Source: Bugula neritina | Lineage: Eukaryota; Animalia; Bryozoa | Assembly: GCA_964035545.1 (NCBI GenBank) | Contig: OZ037769.1 | Coordinates: 6,677,929 to 6,741,928, forward strand | DNA length: 64,000 nt | Direction: 5' to 3' | Part shown: one piece after another, positions 33,943 through 46,194 of the stretch | Layout of the letters: each line of letters opens with the position of its first letter | Position numbering within the stretch: position 1 is the first letter of the stretch | The notes under the pieces: generated by a model | Databases searched by the model: none | What the model was told of the DNA's origin: nothing | Seen by the model: only the letters and a program-made list of their open reading frames with translations | Translations under genes and position numbers: made by a program

Positions 33943-36090
33943 CAGGGATGTAGTGGCAAAATTATTCTAGGCCATACTCTCAGGCCGGGGGTCCAGGGGG
34001 CCGCCCAGGCCCCCGGCGGGGTTCGGGGCAGCGCCCCGGCCGCAGAAGCCCTCAGAGCTCTTCTGATGCAAATTTATGCAATTTAAAGCCATTGTGAACT
34101 CTAATTCTTCTGAAAAAATCTGTGTTGAAATGTGCACCTCACTATTATTATCATACCATACCAGCTATATGACGACTGGGCATTGCTGCAAACTATATAA
34201 ATATTCAGTATTGTCCCATACCTGTTGACTGTAATTTTAAATGTAGTCTTACTCAACTGCAGTTAGGTTTGTTCTGACATGCATTAAGTCCAAACTGTAC
34301 AGAACAATTGCTGAAGATCTCAAAAAGGTGGAAGGATAGAGACAGGTAACAAGTGCTCTCCAAATGCAACCTGATTATTTTATTATAATAGCTAATAGAC
34401 TGACCTGCACAGAAAAAGAATAATAGATCAGAAGAGAAGCAGATTGCAAATCAGAAAATGTGTGTTGGTTATTTATAAAGAGCAAATTGAATTGATAACT
34501 TATTGGCAAGCAGAAATTGGTTGAAAACCTATTTGGAGTTTATTAGAGTATTAGTCTAATCCAAGGGTGTCCAACCTTTTCAGACCGATGGCCACTGAAG
34601 GGGAATATTTCATGGCGAGGGCCACATGGTAAACTTCAGCTTGAGCTGGGGGCCACAGCATCAGTATTTTTCAAATTATTTCAATCCAAATTCTCATAGA
34701 ACATTACACAATATGGTCCAAATAATTACTGCAGGCTGCATGTTTTGTAGCATGTATAGAAATAAGACGTTTAAAAGGTGTTTTTCACTCTAATTCATGT
34801 ATGCATGTGAAAACTAATTGTAACTTTATGCCTTGGAGGGCCACATAAATGTGGGCTGGGGGCCACATCCGGCCCTGGGGCCGCCTGTTGGACAGCCCTG
34901 GTCTAATCCATAAGGAGATACCACCACACCTCCTTACACATAATAAAGCACACCCAAGAAGAGTATGTTAACTTGATTTTAAAATAAAACTCCTGAGCTT
35001 TTACTAGACACATCAAGGAAATATACCCCAAAAGAACAAATTTGACTGGTTTAATATGTGTTAACCTAGAAGATGATTAAATATAAAGCCAGGTGTTAGT
35101 TAGTACAATCAAACATAAACGGTTACTTATGGTGGTGTACAGTTTGCAAAACCTCATTGCATTGATAATTAACATGCAATAACGCCAAGTTTTTGATCAA
35201 AATGTGGACATAGTACCTTTAGACCTCAGTAATAAATTTTCATTAACCTCTCCTACAAAACTAGTACTGTTTCTTGAAGACATTTTGATTTTATTTCTGG
35301 ATTTCATGTTGGTTTTTTCCAAATTCCATTGCTTATTGACAAAATACAAGTCCACACAAAATAGATAAGGGCAACCTTCTAGCTGTCACTGCCTTGCTGA
35401 GGCCACATTATTGGTATATTATAAGAATTCAGTCCCGCCAAATAAAACCTCACTTAATTGTGCTAGAATTAAAATGTTGTAGGTTTTCCTCTTCATCAGA
35501 GCACTTGCTTTTTCGAGTTTTCAATATTTTTTTGCAAAGTTATAGACAAAAAACTACCCCTTTTTGGCCAATTTTATCTGAAAAGTTTATTTTTCAATCC
35601 CTGCCAAATATCTCAGCAGGAAAGTATGGTATTGGAATAGAACAAACACTGTCGGAAACCTGAGAAATTTATGCATAGCAAATTTTTTTATCCTTTCAAT
35701 AGCCTTCATAGATTTTCTACAAATTAGTGATTTACACCCTGAAATGAAATATTTTTTCCTTAGCAATCACCAATGCACAGCACTTCGCGCCTCAGTGAAC
35801 ACGTAGAGATGAGAAGATGGAATGTTGATACCTGCGTATTATTCATAGTGTAATCTCAGGCTAAACAATCACAAGTAGGCAACACGCATGCCACCCACAT
35901 AGCATTAACATAACAAGAACTTAAACTAGATTGTGAGCTAAATTTATCATATTCTCAGTGAGGATGCCCTAACTATCTTGTGCACTAATCATTTTCAAAA
36001 ATATGCCCATACGGGCGTATGGCCTAGAACAGTCTATTTTCTTCTAGGCCATACGGCGTATGGGACCGTATGGGTACCACTACATCCCTG
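33943..36090. mobile_element. Non-autonomous hAT element
   Basis: TIR CAGGGATGTAGTGG / CCACTACATCCCTG; perfect 8-bp TSD CTTATAGA (33935-33942, 36091-36098); subterminal GGCCATAC/GTATGG motifs and a GC-rich stretch at 33984-34040. Confidence 0.9.
34562..34900. mobile_element. hAT MITE nested in the previous element
   Basis: TIR CAAGGGTGTCCAAC / GTTGGACAGCCCTG; 8-bp TSD GTCTAATC (34554-34561, 34901-34908); repeated GGGCCACA motifs. Confidence 0.9.
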
Positions 36091-36837
36091 CTTATAGATA
36101 CAAGTATAATATACACACACAGTTTAAAACAAGGCATGTGGTTGGCAAGCACAGGAAAAATGTAGTAGGCCTACACTGTTCTCAGAAAAACAAATTAGGT
36201 GTATAAAAATCAAGCGCTTGAATCTAAACTAAATGTTCACAAAAAGTACATTATTTTATTCTATAGCCTACAATTTATCTTTCAAAATTTGCACGATTGT
36301 TTAATTCAAAGCCATTATTTTTCTCTGCACCAAAATTATCAGGAAATGTATTGAGCATAAAACCTGGAGCAGCAACCTAAACCTGCCAACAGGCTTTCAT
36401 TATTGGCATTGCTTAAGGTGTTTAACCTTAATTTAATTATGCTACCTAATATTGTTTAAACTAGAAATACATACTTGGAACAACAATTATTACTGCTTTG
36501 CAAATCAGCATTCATTTGAGTTAATGAAAAATGTGCTAAAATGTTTTACAAGAAACTTTGTGTTATTAATAAGCAGGAACTTTCAATTTCCATTAGCAGG
36601 TTTCAGTCCAGGATCATTCTTAAATATGACGTACTGAGTTCTAACCTATGGAATAGAAGCAGCACTTATTGATTCAGTTTATATTTTCTTTGCAACATGC
36701 TAATGATAATAATATAACATTTTACCTGTAATAGTTGGTTGCTAATAGAGATACTTGTACAGATTCACTAGTATAACATGAGTAAGGTAGTAGGTAGCTG
36801 CTTCAAATCATACCTGCAACGAGATACAACTGCCAGC

Positions 36838-39371
36838 ATGTCTGAAACCGAGAGGAACCTACAATCATGCAGAGACAATCTTGCTCATAGGGTAAGATTT
36901 ATAACTTAATCGCATAGTTACTAAGTTGACAATTAATATCCTATTTGGTTGTCGAGTTGAATAATTACCCAGACAAGACAATGTCTTTTCAAATATATAA
37001 TAACTGAACCAATTTTTCTGTATTTAGACTACTAACTTCATACAGCTGGGTGACGGCAGGAAATTTGTTGGTAAACTGCAGTTGTGTTGGCTTGTAAATT
37101 AAACCCGGTAGCGCCTACGCTCATTGTTCACATGTTAATAAGAGCATACCTTCATAAATACTCCTGTGCCACTAGGCTATACTAGCTGCAAACAGTTCTT
37201 AAGGGATACTGCATAAAATCATTTAGGGGCAAGGGTTTTTAGAAGGTGTCTTTAAGCATGTTTTAGAATTAAATTTGGGTATGGCCAAAACCCAATAAAT
37301 ATACATAACTCAGTAAAATATCATCAATAAAAAAGAGCTTTCTGTAATTTGTTTATGTGAGATTGGGATATATACAAGGGATATTTTTGATTTACTCTTT
37401 TGATAAATTATTTTTGTGTTATGCTTGTTATTACCCTGAGGGTTGTCTCATCATGTACACATACTACTCAGTATAGCTGTATCTTTGCATATTACTATAT
37501 CATATACAAATATTACTGCATCATATACAAATATTACTGTATCATATGCACATATTACTGCATCATATATACATATTACTGCATTATATACAAATATTAC
37601 TGTATCATATGCACATATTACTGCATCATATATACATATTGCTGTATCATATACTGCACATATTACTGCATCATATACACATATTACTGCATCATATATA
37701 CATATTACTGTATCATATATACATATTACTGCATCATATGCACATATTACTGCATCATATACACATATTACTGCATCATATATACATATTACTGCATCAT
37801 ATATACATATTACTGCATCATATGCACATATTACTGCATCATATATACATATTGCTGTATCATATACACATATTGTTCACTCACTCTACTATGTTTTCAC
37901 ATTGTCATATATCGACTATAAGAATGAACTGCATGGTCCCCAGGATGCAATAGAATAAAAATACTATCATATTATGTTATGGTAGTCACATGTATAAATT
38001 TTTCCATCAAAATTAGTATCTGTGAGAGTACAAAAACATTCTAATGGGACCCTTGAATAAACTGTGAATCTTTTATTATAAAATGTTTACCCTTTTTAAC
38101 TTGCTAAATAATATTGTAGTAAAATCACAGTCTGTTAGTTTAAATATAGCTAAAGCTAAGTCCAATACTTTCAAATAACTAACCCTAATATGTTGCATCT
38201 TTCTCAATTTTTTCAATAAATGCTGAACTACCAATACCACACACCAGAGCAATATTAAAATAGCAATCTCATGCAGATTATTGCAGAAAAAATATCACTA
38301 TAAGTGCAATTTTCTCATATTCATTTGTCTATAGCTGAGAGATTAAATGAAATTTCTAATGATAGCTTATTGGTTGTATGAAGACTAAATAACTTACAAA
38401 TTAAGCAATATCAGATTGTTAAAAAGTTGCTTATAGTTCTAAATGTCATATATTTAAATTAATTTTGTTAATATAATTCACAGCTGGAAGTGATGGCGGA
38501 GAAGTTGCTGCTGTCTACCACCCACCTAGAGAGTGTCATTCTTCACATGCGAAATGTGTCAATGGTGATAAAAAATGTAACGGAGAAGATATGCGCAGTT
38601 AAAACCGTCAACTTGTTTGATCCAGATCTAAAGTTGGTGTGTGAGGCCGAAGCTTGGTTGAACAGTAAGCCACTGCACGATATTCTCTCCGCATGCAAAC
38701 TAGTGACGGAAGAGCATGTTGGGCAATCTGGGTTAGTTCATCAAATCTCAGAAGATTTGAGAAATAGTTTTGACAAGCCTGCATCAGATGTAGACTCAGC
38801 TGTCGATAATGTTCACGATCTCCACTGGGACTCTACAGATCTGGAATTTACTCCACCAGCGGCTGAAGAGCTCCACCATCTAGAAGCTGTTCCATCTCCA
38901 ATGATTGGTCGGAAGACTGCTGACACTTTAGCTGACCAACCATCTACATACCACGGCACCTACGAGGAAGTCATGGAGCTGTCTCTAGAGCTGGAAGAAG
39001 GATTTTATTCAGATGAGGAAGAGGAAAGAAAGCGAAGTATCCCAGTTAACATAGATTCATTCAAATTGAACACTGAAGTGAAAGAGTTGAACTTATCAGC
39101 CCCTGTACACTACCAACACAACTATCAGCTTATTCAGATCGATACCGACTCCGTTTCTGGATCTCCACTGCACATGGCCACGGCAAAGAAAAATACCTTC
39201 TTAGCAAGAGAGCAGCTCACAGATTCCAACTCAGCAAGTTGCAACTTAGAAGCTTCAAAATGTTCACAACCCTTAGCAATAGTCTCAAATTCACATAGAT
39301 GTTACATCACAATGTCGCCAGATAACCGGAGAAAAAGTTACTTCAGCTACCATCTACCTGTGTTTGTTTAG
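36838..39371 (+). CDS. Two-exon protein (~313 aa): N-terminal coiled coil and acidic disordered tail; possibly INSYN1/Largen(PRR16)-like
   Basis: Exon 36838-36891 (MSETERNLQSCRDNLAHR, phase 0, GTAAGA donor) joins acceptor TTCACAG at 38483 in frame with the 293-aa ORF; GC content is above the flanks. Confidence 0.7.
37487..37875. repeat. 21-bp minisatellite (ATATTACTGCATCATATACAC) in an intron
   Basis: About 18 copies; this explains the 7-aa periodic ORFs. Confidence 0.95.
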
Positions 39372-40514
39372 AGAATTCATTCTATCATTTTTTCAGCTGG
39401 TTTAGTATAAAGTTTTGTTGTTCTACTGAACATTTAACCAGGTTTTGATCACATCACATCATAACATACAAAGCTACAAAGCTCTAGCAAGGTTTAGGAA
39501 ATATGGCCTTTAGCAAATACATTACATACATTATATCATGAGACAATGAAGTTTCAGTAGTTTAAAGGTTTCACTCATTATGTTTATATATAAGCATCAT
39601 TGGAGTAACAGTTTTTAAGTCTTAAAACTTCAATTTTTATGCAACTTTCAGAATGTATTTTCTCAAACTTGTCCATTTTTGGTAGTTTTATGTTATTGTA
39701 CCGTGTATTAAATTTGTTGAAGGACTACTTTATCAATTATTTGTTATAATTGTTTAGGCGATGCCAAAATTTACTATAATTTGTTTTTATATTCTATTAC
39801 ATTGAATAGACTCTTTTATTTATAATACAATATTATAAAAGTTTCAGAAAATAGCAGTTTTTGGTGTTGAATGAGAAATGAAATTTTGCAATATTACATA
39901 TATTGCAGAATTACAATTCAAGTATTCGCTAAACAAGCTCTTTTTAGAATCATACTGTGTAGAAAATGGTGTAAGCTTGCTTGTTGCATTGTAATGTTGC
40001 TGCTATTATTGGAGCCATGAGGTTAGAAACGGAGGTAAAATGTTTGTTGTTCAGATTTTGTTGAGTTCAAATGCCTTTATCAAAAGAATATTATTTGTAA
40101 AATAAGCTTTATAATCCACAGCTTCAAAACCATGTAAACTTTTATGAATTCAAATTCCTTTTTAGCAAAGTTTTGCTAATTGGAACAACCGCTCAAAATA
40201 CAAATTATCATGCACATAATATAGTTTAAAACTTGACTGTCTAAAGATTATAGCTAGTATATGCACACATTTATATAAAAATATGTATTCAATATTAAGC
40301 AGACCATTGAAATAAAGTTTGAATAAAGCTGGTTGATTTGTCTTTCCTTTATCAAATAACTTGAAACTCTGTAGAATTTGTATGACTGGAAAGAGAGCAT
40401 AAATATCATCTGTGAATTTACTCCATTAAACGAACGTGTGGAGGACAAGAAATAAATCATATCTAAATGTTCTAACAAAATGTATTTTGGCTATATAGAA
40501 ATATGTTGATAAAT

Positions 40515-40695
40515 TCGTGCTTCCTTCATATATCACCAATTATGCTGCGGGTCAAAACCTCAATTCGTGACATAGTGGAATACCAGATTTAACTTGTGGG
40601 TCTCGTTAAACAACAAAACAGGGTCCAAACCCTTCTTATAATCTTATAATGGAATTTCACAAGAGACGAAACCGTGGGATACAGAGGGAACACTG
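40515..40695. mobile_element. Old Tc1/mariner(pogo)-like MITE, copy 2
   Basis: Right end GTGGGATACAGAGGGAACACTG-TA is the inverted counterpart of the copy 1 left end; internal blocks are shared. Confidence 0.55.
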
Positions 40696-41368
40696 TACAT
40701 GAAATGGTTGATAATATCACTTATAGAGTAATTTTTTATAATAATTATACAGTAAGTTATTATAATAAGACACATTCATTGCCTCACTTATCAGTTATTA
40801 GAAGTTTATAATACAACTTATTGTAAGTAATTTTTTATCAATTACACTGTTTTTCTATATAATTTGTTATTTCTCATTTTGTTTTCATTTTCACTGTTCC
40901 AATGCTTTTTGTTTAGTATAGCCAGGAGTTTTTTAAATCCCTATAAGTAGTAAAATATTTTATTCAAGGCAATAGTCATCCTATCTACCAACCCTGAGCA
41001 GTGGTTAGCATGTGAGCTGCATGCTATTTATAGAGATAATAGATAATATTCAGGACGAAATAAAAGTTTTAATCATTGTCAATATAACTATTACTCTCTT
41101 TTGAAGTTTTATTTATGCAAACATATTTACACAAAGAGCCTTCTTTTACTATATTACAGCACAGAAATATGCTGCTTAACATTGTTCTACATATAATTAT
41201 AATATCATTGCTGCATTCTTCAAAGAGTAGTTAAAAAACCCTATAATGTGGTAATATTTTATATGATGAAGTTTATATTATTGTAACTCAAATAAATGAA
41301 AATTACATATATAATATATATCTTGGGTGCTAAAACCAGCCATAGAATTTCCAATTCTCCACAGCTAA

Positions 41369-41832
41369 TTAGGCTCCCATGTGATAAAGTTTACACACAG
41401 TCTCTCTGTGATTTCTTAGTACATCCAACTGCTCTTTTGTTCCTTCTAAAGTTAAAATCAATATAATATAAACTCAGTCTTGCAAAATAGCAGTAAGTAA
41501 AATATGTTAAATAAATGGTTGCTGCCAGTCATAACATTTGTCAGATTGCATATAGCTTTTTTTGCTTTATGTAGGTAATATAATATAAATAATTAACAAA
41601 TTTTGATAATCCTTGTAGTTAACAAATATATTTATGAAATGTTTGATCAACATGTAGAGAATACAACTCCAGTGTTGTAATATAATATTACATAGTATAC
41701 AATATACTAACTGAGGAAACTCAAGTCTTCAGAGCTACAGAGGTCTTGGAGAACAGCATGAAGGTCTAAAGGTAGTGCAACTCCAAGAGACACAATGGCA
41801 AAGAGGGACAGCAAGACCAAACACAGTTTCAT
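41369..41832 (-). CDS. Small secreted peptide, 65 aa, two coding exons (41832-41712, 41445-41369)
   Basis: Acceptor TTTTACAG then GTAAAAATG; signal-peptide-like MKLCLVLLSLFAIVSLGVA-LP; donor A|GTTAGT and acceptor TTTAG| both phase 1; product MKLCLVLLSLFAIVSLGVALPLDLHAVLQDLCSSEDLSFLKGTKEQLDVLRNHRETVCKLYHMGA*. Confidence 0.72.
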
Positions 41833-44429
41833 TTTTACCTGTAAAAGTATTAACTTTTAGTTTACTAAAAGAATTCTCTTCACATATGCATGTATAAGTT
41901 GGCTTTAAAATATTCTCTTTTAGCAAGTATACTGCTCTCTGTTGATTACAAGATCAATAAAACAGAGTGGCAACAATTTCATTCTTGATCAATTTAAAGA
42001 AAATCTGAATTTAAAAAACATGTTGAAATTATCTATATATATGAGTATATAAGTCCCCATTTAAAACCTGTCAATTGGTAGCTACAAAATGTCATATTGA
42101 CAGCTGCTAACAGGTGTTCTTATATGAAAATTGGTACATTTGTGTAATAGATTATAAATCTTCAGAATATATAATGTGTCATATAGAGTCGTAGCTATTT
42201 ATGGGCTGGTTTTACTATCATACTATACTAGATATGTTAACAGTATTTGATATTATCTACAATGTATATTATGTTATTGTGTTTTATTATAGTGAATAAT
42301 ATTGTTTTCATTTAAGTTCTAAATAAAATGGTCAAAAACATTTTCATTTTTTAAATTCTTTTCACATGTATATAATATTTATATCCTGCATAATCTAATA
42401 TAGTTATATATATTTATAAAAATATTTAACTATATATGTATAATATGTAAATACATTTTTTCTGTAAACAGTATTGCGTATGATTAATTACCTTAAAAAT
42501 TACCTTTCTTCTGTATTCTTAAACTAGCTTGTAAATCAATAGCCACTAGATACTCAAATGTTTCAATGTCATGAGTTGACTCTCTGATAGAATGGACTTT
42601 GACACTTGAAACAGGTGGTGGTTCACGGTCTTCCTAAGTAAACAGTTTGAATTTAGATAAAAGTTATACAATATATAGAGCAATTATAACCATGCAGTAG
42701 TGTATGGTTTATGTGTGTAACACGGCATCAACAGTACAGGAGCATGGTAATAGTTCGTGCGATTCTTATTTTATATGGCTGCATGTAGTTAACTGGTTAG
42801 TAATGGCTTTCAGTGTTACGTTACAATTCAAAAATTTTATATGAATATATCATGTACGTACTACTAATTCATGGAATTTTTTTTATAGATACACAAGTTT
42901 TGGTGATCTGTGAAATGATCTAGGAAAATATACCTCTCGGTTAGATTTACAACAAAGTTCTGCAATATGATGCAATCATTAAGCACAGCTGATTTAACTT
43001 ATAGAGAGGTGAGAATTGTTTAGATTTATATATGTTTTGCAAATTTGTTTTCTCTCAATGACAGAAATTATGCAGTAATGTAAGTGTGGGCATTGCATAA
43101 GAGCATAACTGTGAAATACCAATATATTGAATTTACAATTTTTATGAATTTTTGTTCACAAGGTAAATATTTATTTGAATATATTATTTGGTCTGCAAAA
43201 TAAAAATAACAGCTAAGGCCAAAGCAGCATAAAAGAAGCTAAAATAAGAATTAAAAAATATTTTGCTCAGCAAAAAAAATTCACTTCAACACTTGGGAAC
43301 AAGAGAAACAGGTGTAAAAGTAGTTAAAACAAGTTTTTAGCTACTTTTATTAAAAAAAACTGACAGGCATAACCGCATAAGATTACAGAGCCATTAAAAA
43401 GCTTATGCTATATGCAAAAGTCAAAAATTATATATTATTCTGCAAAAAGATGCCATCATAATAAATCACCACTAAACATGTCTGCTATTTTTATTCAACT
43501 TTGATAAAGTAATTGCTTAATGCATGATCATTGACATACCCCATGTAGATCATTTTTATAAATTTAAATTATATAATTCATTTTTGGCCTAATAAAAACT
43601 CACGTGAGTATATACTTATACTGACAGAAAAGTTTTTCTTCAGTGAGCTAAGGACTTTTTTTATTGTCGCGAAGAAATAATTATGGCTGAATGCCAATAT
43701 GGCCTTTAATAAGATTGAATCAAGTGAATGCCATCTGTTAGAACCTATAGAGTATAGAGCTACCAGCTGGCTTGTGTTTACTAAGTAGTCAGTGGCTCTA
43801 GCCAATAAAACCACGATGCTCCTTTATTTTCTTTCTAAAGACAGGTATAATATATCTAGGTATGAAGGATATAGAAATAGTTGTAATTAAACAATACACA
43901 TTTGCAATTATTTGTTGAAAGCAATATACCGTACATACAATGCCGTTCACATTTGAGTTTGCAATTTTTTTGTGCTAGTTGCATGTAATATGGTAATATA
44001 GTGGAATTAGCTGAGTTTTTATACTGGCAACATCCTTTATTGATACACAAGCTTGAGGGTGCACTCTAGTGCAACTAGAACTGGACTGCTTAGCGTATTC
44101 GTTCATCGTTTATTTTATACTCCCAGTTTAGCAGGCATTGAGTGACAAAACCCTGCATTAGAGTTATTTTCCCCAGAGTGATTTATTAACTTAGATTTGA
44201 ACTTTAACCCTTCTCAAAAATAAAATATAGAATAATGGAGCCGCTACTAGCACACAATACATCCGGTTTGGTTGATAGGACGTGTCTGACCATAATCGTA
44301 ATATTACTTATTAGTATTAGTATTACTATTAGTATTATAACCCAAATTAACTTCAAGCAAAATTTTGAACTGTTTTTCATTGTAGACATCCAATGCTCTG
44401 TCACCTTCCTAAAATATGATTAACTTATT

Positions 44430-45110
44430 GTCTAGCATTAGTATTACTATTATTAGTATTAATATAATTTAAGTTAGTAAATCAAATTAAAATTAAAAGT
44501 AAAACTAAAAGCAGATTAAGTTGAACCTAAAGTTAAAAACAAAGTTAATACTATTACTATTAGTATTAACTTAATTTACTATTACTATTAGTATTAACTT
44601 GATAGCAATACTAATAGTAATACTATTCCTACTCTACTAGTAGTTTTAGTACAGTACTAGTACTAGTAGTAGTATTAACTAAGTACTACTACTACTAGTA
44701 CTACGTCTACTAACAGTAACTAAAACTAAATGTATCCGTAACACTAACAGTGTAGTAATAGTAATACTAATAGTAATACTAATTAGTAAGTGTAACAGTA
44801 ACTGTGACAGACTATTACTATTACTATTAGTATTAGCAATACGTATTAGTGGTATTACTATTAGTAACAGTAACTGTAACAGACTATTACTATTAGTATT
44901 AGTATTAGTGAATTAGTAATACTAATAGTAATAGTAATAGTATTGCTATTAGAAAATATTAGTATTACTATTACTATTAATATCACTGTTAGTGTTACAC
45001 TAACTATTAGTATTACTAAAGTATTAGTATTAGTATTACACTAGACTTGGTGATTAGACTGAGTATAACTCTAATTTTCACTATCAGTATTAAATTTTCT
45101 ATTTTATTTT
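44430..45110. repeat. Low-complexity (AGT/ACT/TAT)-rich tract
   Basis: Degenerate TATTAG/TACTAT/AGTAAT triplet and hexamer runs in both orientations. Confidence 0.75.
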
Positions 45111-46194
45111 AACTTCAAGTTTAGGCTTAGCTTTTACGTTAACTCAAATTGTAGTTTTACTCGGAGTGATCATGCTCCGGACCACCCGAGAGGGAGGAAG
45201 GGGTGTGCCGCATCTGGGTAATATTTTCAACAGTCTTTGGTCAATAGCCATACAGTTAGTCCTGTTTGGGCTGTATTGACTGAACAGGAATTTAGTCCTG
45301 TCTTATTGAGGTATCTGAATAACTGCCTTGATTGTGACCAATTTTCAGATTGAATAGTACTTGGGAGAAAACTTGACTTAACTTAAGTTTTAATTGGATT
45401 TTTTTATGATCATCAACTCATCATGTTCAATTTTTACATGATCATTATGATCATAAATGTGTTAAACCTAAAATCGTTATTACAATCATAATCATGATGC
45501 AAATATTTTTTTCAATTTAAATTATTCAATTTTTAAAGTTGGTATTTTTTTAATTTGCAATTGAAGTTTGATTGTGATATGATTAGCCAGACTAGGCTAC
45601 TAATTTTCCAAGTTTAACAACCGCCTTCCAGTGACTTTATATATTGAGAATTAGTTTCTATAAGCGACAATAATATTTGGAACTTGCCTAAATTTTAAGA
45701 CAGCTAAAACGGGCAAAACATTTTCATGATTCTTTATGAATTTGAAAATTATCATGCTGCTCTCAGGTGCTAAATTGTTTTTAGTGAAGTTATTTTCAAT
45801 TCCCACTTTCTCTCATTCACAGTGTTGGCATTTTTAAACAGATATAACCTACACTGCTAACACATATACGGTTCTAGTTATTGTAATCATCACTTCAATA
45901 TTATGTTGTCAGTATTACTAATTCAAACATCAGTGAAAAGTATAGTATTGGTTTTAATTTGGAGAAAATCTTCTTGAAAAAACTGGTTCAAATTGAATAA
46001 GTTATGTCAATCTAAACATTTCTATTTTTATTTCTACTTATTTTAGCATTGCCTATGGTGCTGAGCTTTATGGAAGAAATAAGCTGGTAGCTTGAATTAT
46101 CAGTGAATCGGTATGAAGACAACATAAGGTTTTACTTGTAGCCTTAACTAGCATATTGTAGCTAGTAGGGAGTACATTAGAACCAGTCTTAATC

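Noticed and set aside
35395-35800. Possible third nested element inside the hAT (CTGAGGC...GCCTCAG)
   Set aside because: Only a 7-bp inverted match and no convincing TSD.
37400-37958. YYCIIYT / HITASY periodic ORFs
   Set aside because: Stop-free 21-bp intronic minisatellite, open in all three frames; no independent coding signal.
42889-43008. Exon-like segment (TTTTATAG...GAG|GTGAGA) on the plus strand
   Set aside because: Stops in all three frames; could be a non-coding exon but this cannot be supported from sequence alone.
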